A stretch of DNA of 64,000 nucleotides from assembly GCA_030704615.1 (NCBI GenBank), contig CM060732.1:42532001-42596000 (forward strand), given 5' to 3'. The notes below the pieces were generated by a model, which saw only the letters and a program-made list of their open reading frames with translations, was not told the DNA's origin and made no database searches. Source of the DNA: Takakia lepidozioides (taxonomy: Eukaryota > Plantae > Bryophyta). This document shows positions 1 through 12,997 of this stretch, in pieces. How positions within the stretch are numbered: the first letter of the stretch is position 1; every line of letters begins with the position of its first letter. The position numbers were made by a program, and so were the translations under genes.

Positions 1-3000
1 CAGTGGACATTGACTTGCTTGACCAGACTCGGCAGCAGACTCACACAAATATCGCAACCCATGCCAGAGGTTTAGGGTCAAAACCAACAACTCAACAGAG
101 CACTGAAGGGCCAGTCTGCCCTGGCACATTGCGCCTCGTTGACTTTGGGCTTTTCCCACCAGAGTGCCCACCAATTGGGAATCCAGACTTCTTCCGTTAT
201 TTCTACAGAGTTGCCCAGTCAGGTCTGCTACGCACATTCATCCGACAGGCGGAACAGAACTGGTTGAACAGCTTTGAAGATGAAGATGACGATGCTGAAG
301 TAGAGGAGGTAATGGTCAGTCTGACCGCCCAATCTGTTCTCTGTGTTGTTTGAGTCCATCATCGGGGTCACGTTGCCTATTCAGTCTGGTCAGTCCGTTG
401 CGTTCTCTCCTCAGTCCGCTGGCTCACTCCGCTCATCAGTTAGTCTGTTTTATATCGCTGCATTACTTACTGAGTCCGTTTGTCAGTTCGCTGGTCCAGT
501 CCACTGGTACAGTCTACTAGTTGCCTCCACCCTACGTACGCACGTTACGTCTGTCAGTCTGTGTGAGTCCAGTCCGCTGCATGAGGTGAATATAGAGTCC
601 ACGTCCATATTCCTGACGTCCAAGTTCTTTGCCGTGTACGAGGATGAACGTGTTTCTATTCGTAGGGCCATTCAGGCTTGGCGGATACCTAGCAATGATG
701 CTCCTTTACAAGCGACTGCAGTGCGTGCGGAAGTGGACCACGTGCGAGAGTACATATTATTGAAGTATCATGGGTCAGCTGCTGCTATAGCGGCATTACA
801 TATTCAAGACGCGTCGGGGGGGAATGCGTCTGGGATAGCCGAATCTGCTATCCAGCAGACTCCCATTCAGCAGGCCGTCATCCAGCAGACTCCCGTTCAG
901 CAGCCTGTCATCTTGCAGACTCCTCTCCAGGAGCCCATCATGCAGCCCATGCCAATGGGAAGTCCTGTCATCCAACAGACTACAGACTAGCAGACTGACC
1001 AGCAGACTGTCTTTCTCTCACATAGCATGGCGCTTTTTGCAGTTTGGCGATCGCCATCACCGGTAATTCGACCCGGAGCTGAAGACCTCACACTTCCCCG
1101 GCTTAGGGTGGGAGAAATTAATCCCCATTTGGATTGGCATAATGAGCTCCACCAGATTGTTGCGGACCGCCAGTGGTCATTTGTACCCTTTCATTATTCC
1201 ATGGAGATTTCTGTTGAGGAAGCCAACCATGTTCTGGAAGCCGCCTCTGCTGTTGCCATTGAAGCCACAAACGTCCAAAATGCGCCGCCTCTACTTGTGC
1301 AGCTGATTCTCATGGATGACCCACGGCCTGAAGACCTCAAACATATGCCTATGGCACATCCAACCTTTGGGGTGCGAAGAAAGCACTTGTTTGGATAGAC
1401 TGAGGAGGACTTTGAGTGCGTGGCAGTTTCCTTCCTACAACACAGATGGATGCAATTTGGCAATTTCCGCTCATACAACAAGTTGATGAAGGATCTGCAT
1501 AGTTTGAGGATGGACTTACTCCATGGAACAGACCATTCACAGAAGTTTGTGGTCGATGACGCATTGCACTGGTTTGCATTGGTGATGGAGCAAGCAGTAT
1601 TCGACATTGTTTTGCAGAATCCCAATGTCTTCAAAGTCCTGTGGTGTGGGATCCCAACTGAAGACCGCATCGGCGCCATTGCTCATCTCGATGGAGCATG
1701 CTTGTGCCGGCAAATCAAGGACATTGGCCTCGTCGGAAATCTCTTGGAAGGTAAAATGTATATGGGCAACTTTCGTGTTTCAGCTCAATTTCTTTTGCCA
1801 GCTTTTTTAGAAGTTTACATTTGCATAAACATGTGTTGCAGGGCAAGTTGATCTGGGAGACAAGCAAGTGCAGGCTGCTTTCGACTCTTTTGCCAGAGGT
1901 GCAAGGGACCTTGTCCTGGCTTTACAAGGAGTTTGGGAGACTGTCCAGCAGACTGGCCACAAGAATGTCCAACAACATATTCCCCACGACACATGTGGAC
2001 AGACTGCCGAAGTGCTGGAGACCGAGCATGTGCATCAGACCGTCCCGGGTAATAGGCCAGATCACTCCCAGCAGACTGCCCCGCACACACATACTCAATA
2101 TGTACAAACAGTACTGAGCGGGCAGCGAACTTTGCAGACTTTGCAGCAGACCGGAGAACAGATCAGCCAACAGACTGCCCCTCAGCCGACTGTGCAGCAG
2201 ACCAGCGAACATGGCCACCAGACTGCCCCTCAGCAGACTGTGCAGCAGACCGTGCAGCAGACCGACGAATCCAGCCAGCAGATTGTCCCTTAGCAGACTG
2301 TGCAGCACACTGGCGAACCCACTCAGCAGATGGCCGAGCAGACTATCCAGGAGACTAACAGCCAGTCTGTTCCCTGGATTGTGCAATAGACTCGGATGCA
2401 CTGGCCTCACCGGGACCCTGTGGACGAAGTTCCGCTGAGTTCCCAACAATATGTTTTTGGATCTGCCAGTATGAGTGTTTTGACCGAGTCCACTTTTCCC
2501 CCATGCACATTCACTGATGATGTCATCAGGTCACCGGTAAAGCATTTTTATCCAGCTCCCCGTGGCCTGCCTTCTATGACCTTCTAGCTTAGTCTCGTTT
2601 TCGTGCGCTCAGTGGCGAAAGCCATAGATGAGTCTTACGTGATGACCGAACTCAATCTGGGAACGCAAAACCGTATCATAGATCTCAGAAGAGTCTGAGG
2701 AAGCAATTGCCGGTGGGTCTTCCATACATGTTCTTGATGTTTCCCAAGTCCATGGAGATCCGAACACCCAGCCGGCTGTCCACCAGACTGACCAGCACAC
2801 TGAACAGTCGATACATGGAAGGACTGCCGAGCAACCTGTGGCGGGGTAGCATATTGTCTTCATTGATGAGCATACTGAACCGCAGACTAACCAGCAGACT
2901 GCACAGGTCACGGATGGAAGGACTGACCAGGATGTCTCGGAGCGGCAGACTGTACAGCTCAGCTCTGATTGCACAATTCAAACTGCACGACCTGACCAGC

Positions 3001-4960
3001 ACACTGCACACTTCACAGAGGGAAGGACTGACGACCAACCTGCCACAGAGCACATTGCCCATATTGAGGAAGAGACTGAACCGCAGAGTTGCCAGCAGAC
3101 TGCACAGTTCACAGACGAAAGGACTGACGAAGAACCGGTAGCCGAGCAGACTGCCCACATTGAGCAACAGACTGAACATGCTGGCAGGCACACTGACAAG
3201 GAACCACATGCGGCGCAGACACCGTCTGGTATAGCGCTGGATCTGCTCCCTCACCCCTTGGGCAGGTTGTGTCATTTCCTCTTTCAGCACTGTTGTTTAT
3301 GTTTTAGCACATTGTGAAATTAGGCTAATTCGCCATTTTGCTTGGTATCCTCACAGGATGTTCGTCCCTCCGTCGGCAGACTGTCTACTTCTGAGGACAT
3401 GACATCTTCCGCCCATGCTGCAAACGTGGGATCGACAACCAAGAAAGGTGTGGGGGTGAGCACGCCCCCCGATGCGCGGGTCAGTTCTACGCATGCGACC
3501 CACGAAGCTGCAAAGACAGGTCCAGCAAGTGTAAACAAACCTACTGACCAGCCTCTATTGCGAAGTAGGGCGGCAGCGCTGCGTTTGTTTGCTCTATCCA
3601 GCCCGCCTACAGCTGTCCCTGCTTCCCAGGGGAGAGGCAAAGCCAAGAAGCGGATGTCGTGGACGATGCTGAGGAGGTTGAGGAGGGTCCGAGTACCAAG
3701 AGACCGGCGAAGAAAAAGTCTGGCGTCTTTATAAAGAAGAACCGCAAGCTGGCCTTGGACATGGACAAAGATGTGGGTCGTTTCCTGGAGCAGCACAGGT
3801 GAGTATTGTGCTCAGTCTCCTCGTCTGTCTTTGTCGTTAAGTGCTTTGCGCTCTGTTGTGGTCAGTCTGCTCGCTGGTCAATCTGCTGCTGGTTTCATCA
3901 TTGTCTGTTGTGGTTAGTCTTGTCAGTCTGATGAACTGTTCAGCCTGTAGAGTGTTTGGTGCCATGTTGACGTCAGTCTGTTCAGTACATGACCGAATGA
4001 TGGTCTGCTCTGTGCACGATGGATGCTCGGTTTGGCAAAGCACATGCTCTGCACGTCAAGGCGGGTAATTCTATGCTGATGTTTTTTGAAGGGGACCCAC
4101 GGTTTGAATGCGGACTGTCGCCGGATGACATAAAGGCTCTCCAGAAGGTTGAGTCGGAGTGCACAGATAGACTCCTAGAGCTGTGGTGTCGATTCTATGA
4201 GAAGTCGGTTGAGGCTGCGTTCACCAACACTATTGATGTTCTTCCAACATCGACGTGGACGATGTTGAAGTCATTGGGGGTGGGGCAATGTGAAAGCCTT
4301 CTGGAGGTCTTGAAAGGTTACCTCAGCACTGAACGACTGGGCAAGGACTTGAAAGAGTGCGATTTCATTTTGGTGCCAATTGGGGACGAGTAAGAACTCT
4401 TCCGAGTCTGTTGAGACTGTCTCCTGAGTCATAGTCTGGTTTCGCAGTGTCGTCTTGACTCTGAGCGATTAAGTTGACCTCTGTATTTGTGCAGTGGGCT
4501 GGGTTTGAAGATTGAGTCTGCTGAATGCTGAGTCTGCTGAGTGGTCGGTCTGCTGAGTGTCAATCTGCTGAGTCTGCCCATCATGATTGTGCAATGACGC
4601 CATGTTGTTTGATACCATTGCAGGGGGCACTGGAGTGTTTGTATCATCGACCTCCGCAAGGGCTGTTACACTCACCTGAACTCTATCAGGGACTCGCATA
4701 GTTGTCCCTTTGTTCTAGGGTGGATTCGGAAGCTTTATGCTGAGTGCTTAGGGTACTCAATGGACTCACCGGAGTGACATGAGATTGTCCAAGCATTTCA
4801 GTTCTACGCGCCTGATGTGCCCCAGCAACCATTCAGCTAGGAGTGTGGCTTTTACGTCATGTCATTCATTCAAGTGTTTTATGAGTGGGTAAAAGTCAGA
4901 GGAAATGTCTCCAAGACTGCAAAGCCAGAGAGAGGAACACCTTTCACGAAGGACTAGTTT
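1..4960 (+). mobile_element. Decayed multi-exon transposon-type gene region (Q/T-rich repeats, C-terminal Ulp1-like protease), probably a Mutator/CACTA-like DNA transposon remnant; starts outside the window
   Basis: Broken ORFs with many QQT repeats (CAGCAGACT), GT-AG introns (e.g. donor ~3799) and a Ulp1 domain at the end. No transposase is seen, so the superfamily is not determined. Confidence 0.55.
4017..4960 (+). pseudogene. Ulp1/SENP (peptidase C48)-like SUMO protease domain, disrupted
   Basis: Exon translations DVLPTSTW...CDFILVPI (4234-4385), GHWSVCIIDLRKGCYTHLNS (~4625-4686) and DVPQQPFS*ECGFYVMSFI (~4815-4871) give the H and Q..C catalytic motifs of C48 peptidases. In-frame stops are present. 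Confidence 0.75.
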
Positions 4961-5799
4961 ACTTTCAAGTTTGCACTTGGGCAGCGAATGCAGTGTACCC
5001 AGTATATCGTGCGGGGGTTGGACAATATAGAGAAACTGCTCTCGTGAGTATGATGTATTTGTCATGTGAAGTCTATGTACCGAAATAAAAAATGCGAGTC
5101 TTTTCGCTTACTATTCTAGTGGTGATGAGCACTTTTGTGTACTGTGGGTGCTGACATGTTTTGTAATGTTGTCACTAAACTCAATGGACACAATGGTGTC
5201 AATTTTTCCATGCACTCCATCTTACACCATCCTCAAGGGCCTGAATTGTGGGCTGTCGCTCCCAGGTTTCCTTTACAATTAAAAATAAAATAAACTACAT
5301 AAAAAGACAAAAAGAAAAAAGACAAAGGAAAAAGAGAATAAAAGAGAGTCAAAGTTGGAAGGTGGCCAGCTGGAGACACGAACGCGGAGCTTCTCTAGAA
5401 GCTTTCATGGTGCCTGCGGGACGACCTGGTCCTTCTTCTACTGTTCCTCCGTCCGAGTCTGCCTCCCACATGCAGCGTTGAGATTTAAGCGGTGGGCTGT
5501 GGCAGAGAATGAATCCTTCTTTGGACAATCTCACGTTCTGCTTTCTCAGAGTCCTCTTCATCTGCGGGCTTCGCTTAGGAACGTTTATTTCCTTCGCCCA
5601 CAAGACAGCGTCCAGAGGATAGGCGGGCAGGGATTTTGGAGTGTAGAGGAAGATTGTCTCTCTTACAGTTTTTGTCTTGAGCGATCGGCGATCAGAAGGG
5701 TTGTAAAGAGTCGTTTTGGGTTCTTGTGTGAGATTCTCTGAGGGGGTTGAGTTGTCTTCCGTAGAGAAGCTCTTTTCAGACATTCACATCGAGAGAGAA

Positions 5800-6087
5800 A
5801 TGGGTTCTGAGAAGGCTTACGCTAGGCAAGATTCTTATGGGCTTGGCTGGGCCGACCAGTGGGACTACAGCTTCAACGATGAGAGGACTGCGAAGGGCGC
5901 CACGGTGGAGAAAGGAGGTAGCAAACAGAAGGTGGCAGAGTACAATAAGAAGATGAAGGAAGCTGCAAGCACTGGCGTGGTTAAGACCAAAACCGTCGTC
6001 ACGGCGGGTGCCCAGAAGGTCAAGACTGGCACCTCCACCAGCATCCGGTGGCTTAAGGAGCAATATCAAAAGAAAACCGTAAAGTGA
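5800..6087 (+). CDS. Small conserved plant protein of unknown function (WADQWD ... KVKxGTS...WLKxxYQK family), 95 aa, intronless
   Basis: ATG 5800 to TGA 6087. MGSEKAYARQDSYGLGWADQWDY...AGAQKVKTGTSTSIRWLKEQYQKK matches a recognisable land-plant family of small uncharacterised proteins. Confidence 0.85.
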   Translation: MGSEKAYARQDSYGLGWADQWDYSFNDERTAKGATVEKGGSKQKVAEYNKKMKEAASTGVVKTKTVVTAGAQKVKTGTSTSIRWLKEQYQKKTVK

Positions 6088-7106
6088 CTTGAGGATTGTT
6101 GTGTTTTGGCAACCACGGTGAGGTGTATCAATCCGAGGTGTGTTTTCTCTCTGCTGTCACCGTGCCGGAGGGTGTATATAGACATTTACTGAATACTCTT
6201 GTCACTGCGAGAGGGTATGAAGATTCATCTTGTAAGTACTTTTGTGGAGGCGAACTTCGATTTGTTTCGCATCCCAATCTTTCACCCGGAATCCGACGAG
6301 TCGAGGATTCAGCCCTTATGTTAAATGTCTTCTTAAGAGAAGGGGATGTTATGTGGCGAGGATTGCGGGAATCAATCGGTGTTAGGAATGACAAGCCGGA
6401 AGCCAGCACTTCAAGCCGTCAGAGGATTCTTTGAATTGGCAGGAGGGAAGGGCGATGCCTGGGAACGAAGCCCGGGAAGACATCCGGGAAGACATTGACG
6501 TGGAACACATGTTTGGGGAGTGTGAAGCATGGAATGTTAGCAAAGATGCTGGGTATCTACGACATAGATGAAGGACACGGACGAATGTGGAGAAGGTTTT
6601 GTAACCTAGCAAACCTTGGGAGGAGAGGGGAATTATCTGTCTGCCTGGATCCTTCCTATTGTGGGTGACTCTTTAAACAGGCTGTTCTATATGTGAACTG
6701 TGACCAGCTTTCCACTATCATCAGAGGGTTTCATGTTTCATTGTGGTTGTCTTGGGGTCTAAAGTGCTCCAGATGGTAGATAGACTGCAAGCATATGGCA
6801 GTATAGTAGTGTACCAGATTCTAAGGACCACAAAGCGTTTGGTTTTTGGAGTGTGGAGTAGGTGAACAAAAACTCAAGATACAGGGAATTGGATTGTCAT
6901 ATGTGGTCCATGTCAGCATTCATTACAGATGTTATTCATTACTCATTGTTGAGCTGCCGGCAAGTAAAGAAAGCCATTTTCATGTTTGTGTCTTACCACC
7001 TCTGATTGTCTGTATACAACGCATAGGTCATATTGTGTCAAGTACTGGAAAGAAAGGTGACCTTTGAGCACATGCTTGTGTATATGTTGCTTGAGGTGTT
7101 GATGCC

Positions 7107-7628
7107 TCTCTTGTTGTCCAACTACTGCCCGGTAATTGGAAGATGTATGCTTCATATCTGTGCCTAGAAAATGTGTTTGTACAGGGGAATTGAGTTTTTT
7201 GTATTCAAAAGATGTATTCGTCCATAGGAAAGTGTGACCTCTAGAAAAGAGGAAACAAAAAGGAAACGGTGTTGTTTCCTGGCTTGGAAAAGTTTGGAGG
7301 GAGGTTGGTGTTTTCCTTGCTCGTCCCTCCTATGTAAGAACTAGTTCAGTTTTTCCTTTTATGGTTTTCTCTTGTTGTCCAACTACTTCCTGATAATTGT
7401 ATGATGTATGGTTCATATCTGTGCCTAGAAAATGTGTTTGTACTGGGGATTGAGCTCTTTTGTATTCAAAAGAGCTACTCGTCTATAGGTAAGTGTAACC
7501 TCTAGAAAAGAGGTTATACAGAAGAAACAAGAAACGTTGTTGTTTCCTGGCGTGGAAAAGTTTGGTGTGAGGTTGGTGTTTTCCTTGCTTGTCCCTCCTA
7601 AAGAATTAGTTCAGTTCTTCCTCTTATG
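7107..7628. repeat. Tandem duplication of ~260 bp (7107-7363 and 7368-7628)
   Basis: Both copies begin TCTCTTGTTGTCCAACTACT and share CATATCTGTGCCTAGAAAATGTGTTTGTAC, ACCTCTAGAAAAGAGG and GGTTGGTGTTTTCCTTGCT, with moderate divergence. Confidence 0.85.
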
Positions 7629-8545
7629 TAATTGACTCTGTAAGATACAAGGATGTAGTTGTTCATTGTTTCTTGCTATGGTGGTTTGTCGATTTGAGAT
7701 CTTTTTGTGGAGCCCAGAGGTGTCAGAAAAGAGCGAGGGCGCAGTTGTATCGAGGTCCGCAATCAGGTGCATTCATTCAGTGTCTGTCTTTCTTCTGCCT
7801 TTGAGCATAGCACTCTGTGTGGAGCATACACTGCACATAAAAGTCCTTGGTTAAATTTTGTGAATAATATAAGGGTTGGATGTATGTCAGTACCGAGCAT
7901 ATTATGTTTGCCAGTCACTCATCACCCGCTTTCCCTAACGCTGTTTCTTTCTACAAACAGTGACGATACTTTAGTACTGGCTCAAGTACCATTTTCGTCA
8001 GAAAGTGGCTAGATCCCCAAAGAACAGGCTACCCACAAGATTGTTTTTGAGATCAATGTGGGTTTCTGGGACGAACAGAGAGAAATCTAGGCTCATAGCA
8101 CAAGTGCCACAGACCGTCAGAGCACAAGTGCGCCAGTGCTCTGATTTATTGACACGGTCCAGTAATAACTAATAACCTGGTACCCAGGAATATCCCCCAG
8201 GTGAGGCAGTCCAATACCTCTGGCAATTTTGTTCAAAAGTAATTGCAAGACGAGTGCAAAAGTCGGTCAAAATCTGGTGTACGTAGTAAAAGCTTCTTGC
8301 TAGGGACGTAAATCCTACTTCTATACCAAAGATTGGATCTCCGCTAGCTAGCTCTAGACTGCACTAGTGTGGAAGGGCGATAAGCTACACACACATACAA
8401 CATGTAGGCTACACTTGACGCATGGTGAAGCTAGTGGCTTCGGTGCAGAGCTTGTGCAAGTATTTATTACATCTCAATCGAGCAGCAGGCTGGGAACAAG
8501 CCCAATGATTGGAACGGACACAAAACCTTCTTCCAGCCCGCGTTC

Positions 8546-8903
8546 TGCCTAATGTTAGCCTAGGCCCTTGTCTCATTCCAACATTAACCTAATCAGACAT
8601 GGTGGCCGCTGATGTGTGGAAGAAACTTGAGGAAATCCTGGCAGCCAATAAGAGGCCACCATTTGCCATTCTAGATTAGCCCTTTTCTTAATATAAAAAG
8701 CGGATGGCTGATGCCAAACGCAAGATATTTTGGGTGATCAGCACTGTGTACTTGGATGTGCCGGGCATTTGGATGATTTGCACTTGATACCCCTGCATGT
8801 GATTAGATTGGCCCACCTCTGAGGCTCCTCGAGCGAGAGATCCTTCCCATCTAGCTTGGCGTGCTTTACTGGCTATTTCCCGCTTGAGCGCCCAAGCACA
8901 CAG
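8546..8903 (+). repeat. Direct repeat copy 1 (LTR-like) of the gag-integrase element
   Basis: ~358 bp, nearly identical to 12639-12997 (about ten differences by eye); starts TGCCTAATGTTAGCC. Confidence 0.85.
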
Positions 8904-9159
8904 AGGAAAAGGGAATATCCCCCGGGTAGAGAAGTTTGGTGGAGAAGGGGGGCATTGTAATTTGACGCTCGGGTGTGCTAGGAATGATAACCTAGGTTCG
9001 GTCTGGCTATGGTGCAACGACGGCTGTACGGGAGATCTAGGAAAATGGTGGCTCAATCCACCCCGCACAATCATTTGCTCTACCCTGTGTATGTTGTTGC
9101 TGCTAGTGTTGTGTCTTCCTACCTTGTAAGTGAACACTGTGTACGCAACACAGCGGCCA

Positions 9160-10059
9160 TGGCATCCAGCTCGAGTAATGTTGCTTCCTTTGAAGTTGAG
9201 GACGACTCGTTTGAATCTGTTTTTCTGGGGGTTGTACGTGACCTAGCGTCGCCTGATGTGCTGAGGCCTTACAACGGAGAGCCACCTGTGAGAGGGGATG
9301 CAGAGATCCCGCTTGATGTTCCCTCTGATTACTGGATAGAAAAGTTTGAGCAAACTGTTGTAGATGAAGCTCGCAAAGACGTGCATTGTGAAGGCGAGAA
9401 GCGCGAACAGCGTTGCAAGATCGCTGAAGTCAAGCAGGGTGCTTTTGCCGGCAGATTGCTGCAGAGGCTGCATACGAGAGAGATAGCCAAGCGTTTACCT
9501 CACGCAGTCATCCGTGAGCGACTTGGACAGGGTAAGCTGCTTACTTGGCCGCAAATTGGCGTTCCCAAGTTTGTTGTCACCCGAGATCGCACCAACAATC
9601 TTGAGAGCTTCCTGCACCCCAAGGTTCCCAGCGGCTACCATTTTTGGGAGCTTGTTCGTGGAGGAAATGCGGCGGCGCTGACGAACATTCACCCTGCCTG
9701 GGACTGCTCACCAGCCTGCTGACGATTTTTCGTGGGAACAATCCATTACTGGTGTCCCGCAGCACTTGTTTTGTTTCTCTTCTCGGGACATTGTGATCTT
9801 CCCTGGTGAAAGCTTTGATCAAGAAACCATTGGGCTTTGCCAAGTCCAGGTTCCTTCTAAGAAATATCCTTTACACTCGTTGGTGATCAAGGAGAAGGTG
9901 GTGCGTACGGTGACCCGCGTTACATTCTGGTTAAATGTAGCCCCAACACTCTGGCATTTACAGGGAGAGGCAGTCTATCTCAGTTACAACCACCGCTTCA
10001 TTTCTTCCTACACTGTCAAGGATTGGGAAAAGAGCATGCTGCATCCTAGTGACAGGTGA
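9160..10059 (+). pseudogene. Unknown ORF upstream of gag, frameshifted (9160-9722, 9766-10059)
   Basis: Long protein-like reading frames (MASSSSNVASFEVEDD...) inside the element; no motif recognised. Confidence 0.4.
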
Positions 10060-10092
10060 TTCTCCCTGGATGATTTTTTGTTGCTCTACTGA

Positions 10093-11029
10093 ATGCTCAC
10101 AAGAGCTAAATCTAAACTTTTAGAGAATCAAACCAGTAAGATGGGAGAGGTAAAGGATGCTTGTGAACTAATTTTTGAAGCCAGTGAGCCCAGTACTGAG
10201 TTCACTACGGATGGGACGAGACTGTCGGGTCCTGAAACTCAGCCAAGTGTGGTTGCCCCATCTCATGTTGAACAGCAAACAGGTGAACCAGAGCTTGATG
10301 ATTTGTGCCATGCAATGCGTCTTATTTCTGACTGTCCTGCTTTGTTGGAATTAGTTGTGCCTACAAGATCCCATGAGACCCGCATGACGAAGCAACCTTA
10401 TCCGGAATACAAGGTGGGGCAAAACTTTGATAATTTTCTCACCTTTTTTGAGATGAGTGTGAAGATGAATGCAGTCCCACCTACTTTTGTCACAAATGCA
10501 TTTCGTTTTTGTCTCAAGGGAGAGGCCCACGAACTCTTTGAAACCACTATCAAAGATCTGGGGGATGTGCCATGGTCTGAAGCTAAAGGTTTGGCTGAAC
10601 AATTATTTCACGAAGAAAAAATTGCCTGATTACTATGTACCTGAGAGACAATACAAGGAGGGGAAAAGTATACATAAGTATTATACTGATATACGTACAG
10701 CTGTGTGTAAGACTGTTCCTGTTCTCTCGGAAAGGCCATTGGCCATCAAGCTTGGCTTCATCCGAGGCCTGCCTCCTGCAGAGCAAGTATATCTGCAACG
10801 AAACATGTATTCCACCAAAAAAGAAATGGTTCGGTTAATTAAAGATTGTTTGCGCACTAAAGCAGCTAAACGGGGAGTTGTACCCAAAATTCAACCTACC
10901 CACCTGATGAGTGATGTATCAGAACTGGTGATGAGCACTAACAAGGGAGAAGCCCTAGAGCTTCTTCCTGCAGTGGTACGAGATGTGCAGGATCTTGGAT
11001 GGCCTTATCAAAACCGTGGAGGTTCCTAA
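10093..11029 (+). pseudogene. Retrotransposon gag-like protein, frameshifted near 10620
   Basis: PEYKVGQNFDNFLTFFE...FRFCLKGEAHELF...W..AK followed by QYKEGKSIHKYYTDIR...GFIRGLP, the typical capsid pattern. Confidence 0.7.
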
Positions 11030-12101
11030 TAGGAGCTCAATTCTAGAGTTGCTTGAATTATATCATGCCTCACCTTTTGCTGGTCACTTTGGTGTGACAA
11101 AGACTGTCAAGTGTTTGCAAGAACTGTATACCTGGAAGGGTATGCATCATGACATTGCCTCATTTGTTTCTAAGTGTGTTGAATGTCATGCCAAGACATT
11201 GCTTCTTCGGGCTCGCGCATCATTACCCATGCAGCCTATACCTGTCACTGGCCTCTTTGACAGGGTAGGCTTAGATCTTGTGGGACCTCTTAAACTCGCC
11301 GAGAAGGGTCACTCCTACATAGCCGTGGCCACTGACTACTTCTCTAAATGGGTTGAGTTCCAACTTTTGGTCGCGAAGGATGCAGATTCAGTCGCATACT
11401 TTTTCTTTGATGAAATCATTCTAAGGCACGCATGTCCTCTTGAGATACTTACAGATCAGGGTACCGAGTTCTGCAATCAACTGATGCAGATGATATGCTT
11501 CAATATTGGGGTACCACGGCACCTTATCATCCCCAGTGCAACGGTCTGACTGAGCGATTCAATAAGACCATGTGTTCCATATTGGAGAAGAATGGTTCTC
11601 TGTTGGGTGATTGGGATGTGGCTCTTCCAATTTTGATTTTTGCTTATAGGACATCCGTTCATGCAAGTACCGGGTATACACCTTTTGAGCTAGTATATGG
11701 CAGACTTGCTCGCAGCCCTTTACATGACACTCCGCTGATTCCAGACACTAGTACTGACCCCATTGATTGGGATTCATTCTTGGTTGAGATGACTGCTAAA
11801 AGGCAAAAGCTCCAATCTTCTGCCAAAACTAACATAGCCAAGGCCCAGGCAATTGAGGCTCGCAATTTATAACCGGTGTGTGTGCTATTCTGAAGAATTT
11901 CTACGGGGTCAATCTGTGTGTGTGCGGCTCCAGCAAGGGAAAATAATTTCCAAGGCTTCCAAGCATATCGAGGGCCCCTATCTGATTGCGGAAGTCTTGC
12001 TGGGCATACAGTTTCAGCTGCTCCCTCAACATCCCTCTGTCCTTCCTCTTTCCCACACTGTCCATCTTGATTCTCTTGTGCATTGCAAATTAGTTTTTTG
12101 A
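10983..12101 (+). pseudogene. Ty3/Gypsy-type integrase (HHCC zinc finger, rve core, GPY motif), frameshifted
   Basis: YHASPFAGHFGVTKT...CVECH; RVGLDLVGPL; ILTDQGTEF; TTAPYHPQCNGLTERFNKT; TGYTPFELVYGR; EGPYLIAEV. Confidence 0.92.
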
Positions 12102-12638
12102 TCTCACTTGTATTAATGTTGAGGGCCTTCGTGTTATTCTAACCCCTGGCCGTACTGCATGAGTGCAAATCATAAGTTCCCGCTTTTTGCTTTTAAAACT
12201 TGACTATGTGCAGTGGTGGAGTTGCATCAGTTTTTGTGTGGCTTGGCTTGACTTCACCAACTAGCTTCAGTGTTTTTGAATAGACATCTGATTGTGAGAG
12301 ACGATGAGAGCTTAGGAACTGCTCTTATGAGCTTGCATCAATTGTATGGTTTGGGGTTTTTCCTGTTGGGGGTTTTATCCTTCACCCACCTTGCAGGGTA
12401 AGGTTTTCCCCCACAGGTTTTTTCATCCCTCTTCTATTGGATGCCTAGTCCTTCTTTTGAATTTGAAATTTGGCTCGGTAGGCCTTGCGTTGGTAAACTT
12501 TCCGAAGCTCGCTGGAGCTCACTCCTCCTGGCGTGGGCGGGTCTTACATATGTAAGAAGGAGTATTCCACCTATTGCAGATGCTCTTCTGTTCGTTGGCT
12601 GGATGAAAAGCACGGTGGTTTGTGAAGCTAATTAAATG

Positions 12639-12997
12639 TGCCTAATGTTAGCCTAGGCCCTTGTCTCATTCCAACAGTAACCTAATCAGACAGGGTGGCT
12701 ACTGATGTGTGGAAGAAACTTAAAGAAATCCTGGCAGCCAATAAGAGGCCACCATTTGCCATTCTAGATTAGCCATTTTCTTAATATAAAAAGCGGATGG
12801 CTGATGCCAAACGCAAGATGTTTTGGGTGATCAGCACTATGTACTTGGATGTGCCGGGCATTTGGATGATTTGCACTTGATACCCCTGCATGTGATTAGA
12901 TTGGCCCACCTCTGAGGCTCCTCGAGCGAGAGATCCTTCCCATCTAGCTTGGCGTGCTTTACTGGCTATTTCCCCGCTTGAGCGCCCAAGCACACAG
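12639..12997 (+). repeat. Direct repeat copy 2 (LTR-like), directly abutting the next element
   Basis: Matches 8546-8903; followed immediately by TGTCGCGCAC. Confidence 0.85.

Larger units (their letters stand above)
8546..12997 (+). mobile_element. Ty3/Gypsy-related non-autonomous element: unknown ORF + gag + integrase, with no protease/RT/RNase H
   Basis: Bounded by direct repeats. Contains a gag-like ORF (10093-11029) and an integrase (10983-12101). Confidence 0.75.
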
